Below, in pieces: positions 58,562 through 64,000 of a stretch of DNA of 64,000 bases. Every line of letters begins with the position of its first letter. Positions within the stretch are counted from its first letter, which is position 1. Source of the DNA: a virus (Duplodnaviria; Caudoviricetes); the IMG/VR virus record IMGVR_UViG_3300030433_001901, positions 39,767 through 103,766 of that record; one strand, written 5' to 3'. A model generated the notes under the pieces. It saw nothing but the letters and a program-made list of their open reading frames with translations, did not search any database and was not told where the DNA came from. The translations under genes and the position numbers were made by a program.

Positions 58562-58685
58562 CGCTTCACGAAACTAATTATCAATATTATTATTTTATTA
58601 CAATAAAAATAATTTACTTTATCTTTATAATAATAATATTATAATATCAATAATTCTGTATCCAAAATCGCTGGACTGAATGTAT

Positions 58686-58709
58686 CCCTTATAAGGGGCG
58701 CGTTGAACC
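58686..58709 (+). promoter_or_regulatory. Palindromic TATA promoter, copy 2
   Basis: CCCTTATAAGGGGCGCGTTGAACC; TTATAA about 30 nt upstream of the RFC ATG (leaderless arrangement). Confidence 0.7.
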
Positions 58710-58722
58710 TTGCTTGAAAAAC

Positions 58723-59607
58723 ATGCCCGAAAACAAACCGAAAACGATTGCCGATTTTATCGGCCACAATGACCCAAACTTGCCCCTGTTCTATCTTGAC
58801 GAATGGACAAGTGATAGCCCCCAATGCCTTCTGTTCAGCGGACAGCCGGGGTTAGGAAAAACAACTGCCGCTTATCTAATTGCGAACGAATTAGAACTTG
58901 ACCTTGTTGAGTTGAATGCCTCCGATGAGAGAGGCATTGATGCTGTTCGCAACAAGATAAAGCAGATAGTGTATAGCACCTCACCTTGGAATCAAACGCT
59001 GGTTCTGTTAGATGAGTTTGAAGGAATGACAAAAGCCGCTCAAGAAGCCTTGAAGCGCATGATGGAGAAAAGCAACTGTTGGTGGATTCTCACTTGCAAT
59101 GATTTGTCTTCTGTTATACCTGCTATCAAATCACGCTGTGTTCAATTTCATTTCAAGCCTTACAGCGTAAAACAAATACGCGCGTATCTTGAAACCTTAG
59201 TTTCAGCGCATGGTGTAATTGCAACGGATAGCCCCGAAGTGTTGCATTCATATTTTGGTGGCGACCTTCGCGCTATTGGTAATCACATACTAAGTGGCGC
59301 GAAACTTACTGAACATCAAACAGATTTTGATTCACTGACTCTTGACATCGCCGCTGGTGATTGGGAGTCAACACACAAAGCCATGCTTGACATGGTTCGC
59401 AACGGAGTATCATTACACATGGTGATGCTTGAGATTCATAAACATGTGAAAACCGTTGGGATTTCAACGGAACAATTATATGCCTTCTTCGCTGTGTGGG
59501 GTAATTTCGTGTTAAGAATGCACGCGTGGCCCCTCTCAAATGAGTCCTTCGTGGACTACTTTGTGGCTACCTTGCACACCGAAGACAAAAAAAATATGGA
59601 GGAATAA
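58723..59607 (+). CDS. rfcS: Replication factor C (clamp loader) small subunit
   Basis: GQPGLGKT, ELNASDERGIDAVR, LLDE, LKRMME, SRC. Confidence 0.92.
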   Translation: MPENKPKTIADFIGHNDPNLPLFYLDEWTSDSPQCLLFSGQPGLGKTTAAYLIANELELDLVELNASDERGIDAVRNKIKQIVYSTSPWNQTLVLLDEFEGMTKAAQEALKRMMEKSNCWWILTCNDLSSVIPAIKSRCVQFHFKPYSVKQIRAYLETLVSAHGVIATDSPEVLHSYFGGDLRAIGNHILSGAKLTEHQTDFDSLTLDIAAGDWESTHKAMLDMVRNGVSLHMVMLEIHKHVKTVGISTEQLYAFFAVWGNFVLRMHAWPLSNESFVDYFVATLHTEDKKNMEE

Positions 59608-59610
59608 AAT

Positions 59611-60963
59611 ATGCCAAACCTAAACCCAAATGATGAAAATAAGAATGAACAAACAAACGCGGGTCTTCACACCGAAGTGGAAGAACGCCTCAAGTGGTGG
59701 GCTGAAAAGCACAGTAAGACACTTGATGATGCAACAGGTGAGTTTTACACTTACTTGAAAGCGGAACTTGGTGTTTCTAACCCTAATGATGAAGACGACG
59801 ACTTCTTGATTGATGCCGCAGAAACCTTCGTTGTTGAGCGAAGAGTAATGTCGGGAACATCACAAGCAAACGCTGTTGAACTTGCCGGATACTTTGTCGG
59901 TGTTGACCCTAAAGTAAGAGATGGACAAGAAAGAAAGCGCGCCCCTGCCGTATCAGCCGCAATGAATGACCTTGATGATGCAATCCAACAAGGACTTGTA
60001 GCACGCGCTTATACACAAGACGGTGTGTGGTATCTTGAGAAGAGAGATGGTGATGTCACAACAGACTCAACAACCATATCAGTGAAAACTGATGAACCAG
60101 CAGACTCAAAACCTTGGTTCTTGTTTGAAGAGAATGGATTATCTATTGCTATCTTACAGAACAACCCCAAGTGGAGTCGCTTTGGTGAACCAATCACACC
60201 TTACAGATGGCAACGCACATATTACTACCTTGGTAATGAGAAGAGTAATTTCTTGAATGACCAAAGACTACTGCGCATTACTGTGACATCAAGCAATCCC
60301 GATGAATGGTTCATTCCACAAATGTTTGCTGAATGCACACTGAAAGTGCGCGCTCAATCCGAGAATGTCAAACCCGAATGGGCTGATACATACAACAGTT
60401 TTGCATTACCCGGTGCAATCACTTTCGGTAATGACTTTGTTGAAGAGCATGTTCGTGGTGCAATCAAACCTTCTAAGTTGATACCGGAACTAAACTCATA
60501 CATCAGCGACTTGTCAACACTTACTGAAGTATTTGAAACGCGTCAAGAAATAGTCCCCGGCTACAATCCAGTCGGACCTCTAATCTTTGTTCGTGCTAAG
60601 ATAAGTGATATGAGAAAAGAAGCGCGTGAGTCGGAATGGGACCCAACAGGTCATGACTATTCAATGAGCCTAACTTCCTTTGACCTCGCAAGAACATTTA
60701 ATGGTGGCCTTCGCCAAAACTTACCATGTTATATCCATGGATTACTTGGTGATGAAGGACACCCATTTGATTATGCAACAGAAGAAGGTTGGAAACCATA
60801 CGCTGTAAAGTCAACCGTCATTGTCTTTGGACGATTAGCGGTGCGCGTAACAGATGATGGACCAACACCTTCTATCAAGACATTCGGTGTATTCGCTGTT
60901 CCAAGACTTGCTATCCCAGCAGGTGAAGGTGGCGAAACATCAACAAGCCAATACGGAGAGTAA
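59611..60963 (+). CDS. Putative ssDNA-binding protein (RPA/OB-fold)
   Basis: Acidic, beta-rich; sits between RFC and the ATPase/PCNA; OB-like VRAKISD..VIVFGRL. Mostly contextual. Confidence 0.5.
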   Translation: MPNLNPNDENKNEQTNAGLHTEVEERLKWWAEKHSKTLDDATGEFYTYLKAELGVSNPNDEDDDFLIDAAETFVVERRVMSGTSQANAVELAGYFVGVDPKVRDGQERKRAPAVSAAMNDLDDAIQQGLVARAYTQDGVWYLEKRDGDVTTDSTTISVKTDEPADSKPWFLFEENGLSIAILQNNPKWSRFGEPITPYRWQRTYYYLGNEKSNFLNDQRLLRITVTSSNPDEWFIPQMFAECTLKVRAQSENVKPEWADTYNSFALPGAITFGNDFVEEHVRGAIKPSKLIPELNSYISDLSTLTEVFETRQEIVPGYNPVGPLIFVRAKISDMRKEARESEWDPTGHDYSMSLTSFDLARTFNGGLRQNLPCYIHGLLGDEGHPFDYATEEGWKPYAVKSTVIVFGRLAVRVTDDGPTPSIKTFGVFAVPRLAIPAGEGGETSTSQYGE

Positions 60964-60968
60964 TATAT

Positions 60969-61979
60969 ATGCCAAACCTAAATGATTTAAAGAAAGAAGC
61001 CAGTAATAATGAACAAACATTTGACCCAGCAACAGGACAGACTGTTCCAGTTGCTTTAGTTGAAGAGAAAACAAGTCAGCGTGTCAAACCAATAGCCCAA
61101 TCAGTATGGGACGAGATAGTTAGCGCAGGTGAAACTGTGCCTAACAACATGATTCTATGTGGTCTTGTTGGACCGGAAGGAGTTGGTAAGACAGGTATTG
61201 TTCTTGACAGCATGACTGATGAAGAAAAGAAGCGCGGAGATGTAATCTTTGTTCTTGACTTTGACGGTGGAGGACAGACAACTCGCGTAACTCATCACAA
61301 AGAACACGCTAACAATATCCGTTGTCTTAATCCAAATGTAATGTTTGAAACATTTGATGAAGACGGAGAGATTCGTGAAGCAATTGACTATCCAGCAACA
61401 CACAGGAGAGTTATGAAGATTGGACAAACGCTTGTTGATTGGGCGGCTAACCCCGGCGACAAACCAAAACTACATTCTGTTCTCTTTACAGCGATTGACT
61501 TATGGGACGAGGTTGCGAAGAATTGTATGTTCATTGAAGACTTAGGAACTGCACCCGATGGTATCGGTGCTAAAGTCAAACCGCATGAGCAAGTTGGACT
61601 AAGATTCAATTGGCAAATCCGAACTACTCGGTTCCATCAATTGACAACTATCGCAAGAACCTTGATGTCGCTTGGAGTCCGCGTCTATTTTGAAACACAC
61701 TTCAAAGATTTACAAGACAAATCCGGCACAGTCATTGGTAAGAAAGCGGCTTGGGAAAAGCATACTGCTAACTATCTAAATCAAATACTTTACTTCCACA
61801 AAAAGAAAGTGCGCGGAGAAGATAATAAACCAACAGGAGAAACACGCTATGAGGTTGAGTTTGTCAAATGTAAGACAAATGCTGACCTTCTTGACCAGCG
61901 TAGAACAATCATGGTAACAAAGCAGAATGCCTCTCCCGAATGGTTCGGACTACCGGAACTACGAGAGGGCGGATTATGA
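60969..61979 (+). CDS. RecA/AAA_24 (Sak4-like) P-loop ATPase
   Basis: GPEGVGKT, VLDFDGG, YFETH, FVKCK. Confidence 0.7.
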   Translation: MPNLNDLKKEASNNEQTFDPATGQTVPVALVEEKTSQRVKPIAQSVWDEIVSAGETVPNNMILCGLVGPEGVGKTGIVLDSMTDEEKKRGDVIFVLDFDGGGQTTRVTHHKEHANNIRCLNPNVMFETFDEDGEIREAIDYPATHRRVMKIGQTLVDWAANPGDKPKLHSVLFTAIDLWDEVAKNCMFIEDLGTAPDGIGAKVKPHEQVGLRFNWQIRTTRFHQLTTIARTLMSLGVRVYFETHFKDLQDKSGTVIGKKAAWEKHTANYLNQILYFHKKKVRGEDNKPTGETRYEVEFVKCKTNADLLDQRRTIMVTKQNASPEWFGLPELREGGL

Positions 61980-62335
61980 CCGAATGGAAGCGAACAGGCA
62001 AACCAGCACACAACAAAGCAGTTGAGCGTAGCGCGGAAGATGAATACGAATGGATACCCGACCCCTCTTGTCAAAAATGTGGGGGTAGTGGTGAAGTTTG
62101 GTATGTCGGAAGCGTTTATTCAAGTGATGGAGAAAGAGAACCCGAATGGACTAATGAGCCTTGCGACTGTATAATGCAAAGGTGGGTTATGAAGCCCGAC
62201 CCTCGCTGTCTTCAATGCAATGGAACAGGCGCGGTTCAAGAAAGATTGATACACCCCGATACTAAAGAAGAGTATATCAAATTCCACGATTGCGTTTGCT
62301 TACGCTTTGTAAAGGAGATGATAAATGATGAATAA
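61976..62335 (+). CDS. DnaJ-type zinc-finger protein
   Basis: CQKCGGSG..PCDC and CLQCNGTG..DCVC. Confidence 0.7.
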   Translation: MTEWKRTGKPAHNKAVERSAEDEYEWIPDPSCQKCGGSGEVWYVGSVYSSDGEREPEWTNEPCDCIMQRWVMKPDPRCLQCNGTGAVQERLIHPDTKEEYIKFHDCVCLRFVKEMINDE

Positions 62336-62480
62336 AGTAAGACACATTAAAGGAAAAAAGAAACCAAGACTATGCGGTGCTAAAGGAAACTATGAACCAG
62401 TCGGCACAGATAAAAAACTACGAATTTGTAAAGATTGTCAATTGATACACTTTGTTGAAACAGGGGAGATGATTGAATGA
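62325..62480 (+). CDS. 51-aa Zn-finger microprotein (not in ORF track)
   Basis: RHI..LCG..ICKDC; coupled to PCNA. Confidence 0.5.
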   Translation: MMNKVRHIKGKKKPRLCGAKGNYEPVGTDKKLRICKDCQLIHFVETGEMIE

Positions 62481-63235
62481 GTTTTGTTCAAGCCACATTT
62501 AACAACGCGGCTTTGTGGGCTTTCATAACAGGCTTTGGTGAAGGTGTTAACGACCTTCGCTGTCAAGTCGCTGATATGAGATTGAAAGGTTCTGTTGATA
62601 CTACTACACACTACTTCACTAAGAGCATCAATATATTGATGGAAGAATACAAAGCAGGTGTTGTCAACATTCCCGATGTTCACAAAGTTGGCGCGTTCCT
62701 CAAATCTTGTAAAGAGGACAACACTACTCTTCGCTATGTTGGTAATACGCTGACATTGAAGAACGGTAATGATGAATTCAGCACACCATCACACGACCAC
62801 ATCATGTCTTACGCAACAGTTGGGAGAGCCGAGCAAGCAATTTCAGCGGCTAAAAAAAACTCTTGGAAGAAACTTGGCCGCGCGGATTTAGAATGTCATG
62901 GTAATTTCAGCACAGAAGAAATACAAGGATTGTCTTCTATGACTAAGGTTGTTGGTAAAGACGCTCCGGTTAAGGTTCGGCTTGCTGATAATGAAATGAT
63001 AATTACTGCGGGTAATCAAAGAGGTGCTAAGATGAGCCGACAAATCAATGTTGATGTCAATGCACAAGGACAGGAATGCGAAACGGTGTTCGGTTCTCAC
63101 TTCCCTAAATTATTGAATCTTATGTCAAGCGGAACTATTCTGTTCCACATGGGGAACAAAAGCGCGCTTGTCTTAGACCATTCGGAGATTCAGCAAACGC
63201 TTGTTCTCAAACATCAAGAGGGGGCTGACCAATGA
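62477..63235 (+). CDS. PCNA-like sliding clamp
   Basis: 252 aa, two-domain alpha/beta repeat; between RFC and PolB. Confidence 0.7.
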   Translation: MSFVQATFNNAALWAFITGFGEGVNDLRCQVADMRLKGSVDTTTHYFTKSINILMEEYKAGVVNIPDVHKVGAFLKSCKEDNTTLRYVGNTLTLKNGNDEFSTPSHDHIMSYATVGRAEQAISAAKKNSWKKLGRADLECHGNFSTEEIQGLSSMTKVVGKDAPVKVRLADNEMIITAGNQRGAKMSRQINVDVNAQGQECETVFGSHFPKLLNLMSSGTILFHMGNKSALVLDHSEIQQTLVLKHQEGADQ

Positions 63236-63426
63236 AGTATCCAACATTAGTTGTTCAACTAACAAGTGATGCGGGTGTGCCTGTTGATATGCCCCATGAT
63301 TGGATTGAAAGTGTTATGCAAATAGCAAGTATGCTTCACAGCAAATATAGATGCGGTCTTGATGTGGTATATGGAGAAGCGACAAAAGAAGGATTCAACA
63401 TCATAGAAGAAGAGGTGAACTCATGA
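63232..63426 (+). CDS. Hypothetical protein
   Basis: 64 aa, coupled at both ends. Confidence 0.55.
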   Translation: MKYPTLVVQLTSDAGVPVDMPHDWIESVMQIASMLHSKYRCGLDVVYGEATKEGFNIIEEEVNS

Positions 63427-64000
63427 TTGCTGATGCTATCTATCACGATGATACACCACCTACTCTATACCTAAGATGGCGTAATGACAAAGGAGAACTG
63501 CAAGAAGAAACAGTTGATGATTACAGACCTCACATGTATGTTCCTATTGCTACACCGGAGTTTAGACTAAAGCAACTTAAGACATCATTCCCCGGAACTA
63601 CTATACTAAAAGATAAAACATACAAGGGTCTTGATGGTGCAAGTTTATGGCGCGTTGAAAACGATAACCCATACAATATACATGCTATGCGAAGTATGTT
63701 CGGTAAAACATACGAGGCTGACATGAGATATGTTGACCAATACTTAGTTGAGAATGTATCAGTTATGCCTAACTGGAAGCCGCGCAAGTGGTGGTATGAT
63801 ATTGAATGTAATACAGGTGATGATAATTTCACTACTGTCATTGCTGTTATTGACTCCGACCTTGACACACCCGTTGTTTTTGCATGGGCTGATGAGCGAA
63901 CTAATTGTGATATTGATTACAACAATGGTAATTGGGGGAACCCTTGTTTGTTGAGAGATAGAGAGGTGCGTGGTGAAAAATATGAACTGCGTCTATTCAA
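63423..64000 (+). CDS. polB: Family B DNA polymerase, N-terminal part (runs off the window)
   Basis: Hand translation gives DYRPHMYV, TYEADMRYVDQYLVE and the ExoI motif WYDIEC. Confidence 0.85.
   Translation, partial: MIADAIYHDDTPPTLYLRWRNDKGELQEETVDDYRPHMYVPIATPEFRLKQLKTSFPGTTILKDKTYKGLDGASLWRVENDNPYNIHAMRSMFGKTYEADMRYVDQYLVENVSVMPNWKPRKWWYDIECNTGDDNFTTVIAVIDSDLDTPVVFAWADERTNCDIDYNNGNWGNPCLLRDREVRGEKYELRLF

Noticed and set aside
1-64000. CRISPR array, tRNA or rRNA genes, IS elements, integrase
   Set aside because: I saw no regularly spaced repeat-spacer units, cloverleafs, or transposase/integrase motifs; a tRNA could still be missed by eye.
1-64000. Alternative genetic code or stop-codon read-through
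   Set aside because: Standard translation gives full-length conserved proteins; the gaps in the ORF track are short genes or edge-truncated genes.

Overview
The whole window is part of the genome of a tailed (HK97-fold) archaeal virus. It is most likely a marine Poseidoniales (MGII) 'magrovirus'-type virus; the host is inferred from GGTGA/GGAGG RBSs, TATA-type promoters and archaeal-style RFC, PCNA and PolB. There are two divergent arms. The minus strand (1-37050) is the late/virion arm: tail tube (partial), neck proteins, major capsid protein, prohead protease-scaffold, a 1996-aa protein ending in a dead DNA-ligase fold, portal, a LAGLIDADG fusion, small basic/Zn proteins, TerL, putative TerS, a six-gene membrane cassette built around an Arf-like small GTPase, and a 2203-aa protein. 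The plus strand (37511-64000) is the early/replication arm: many small translationally coupled ORFs, SF2 and SNF2 helicases, DUF932-like, ART-like and DenV-like proteins, a second dead ligase, RFC, putative SSB, a P-loop ATPase, PCNA and the start of PolB. The best candidate for an undescribed system is the Arf-like GTPase plus membrane-protein cassette (27112-30310), a possible lysis/egress or membrane-remodelling module. Other strong signals are an acidic EEEF[VTS]F motif shared by five unrelated proteins, a hydrophobic-hydrophobic-x-Lys motif throughout head-module proteins (candidate protease/capsid-cargo code), two pseudo-ligases, a duplicated 31-nt RNA motif before hairpins, and marked restriction-site avoidance with CGCG enrichment. 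All calls come from reading motifs by eye; no searches were run.
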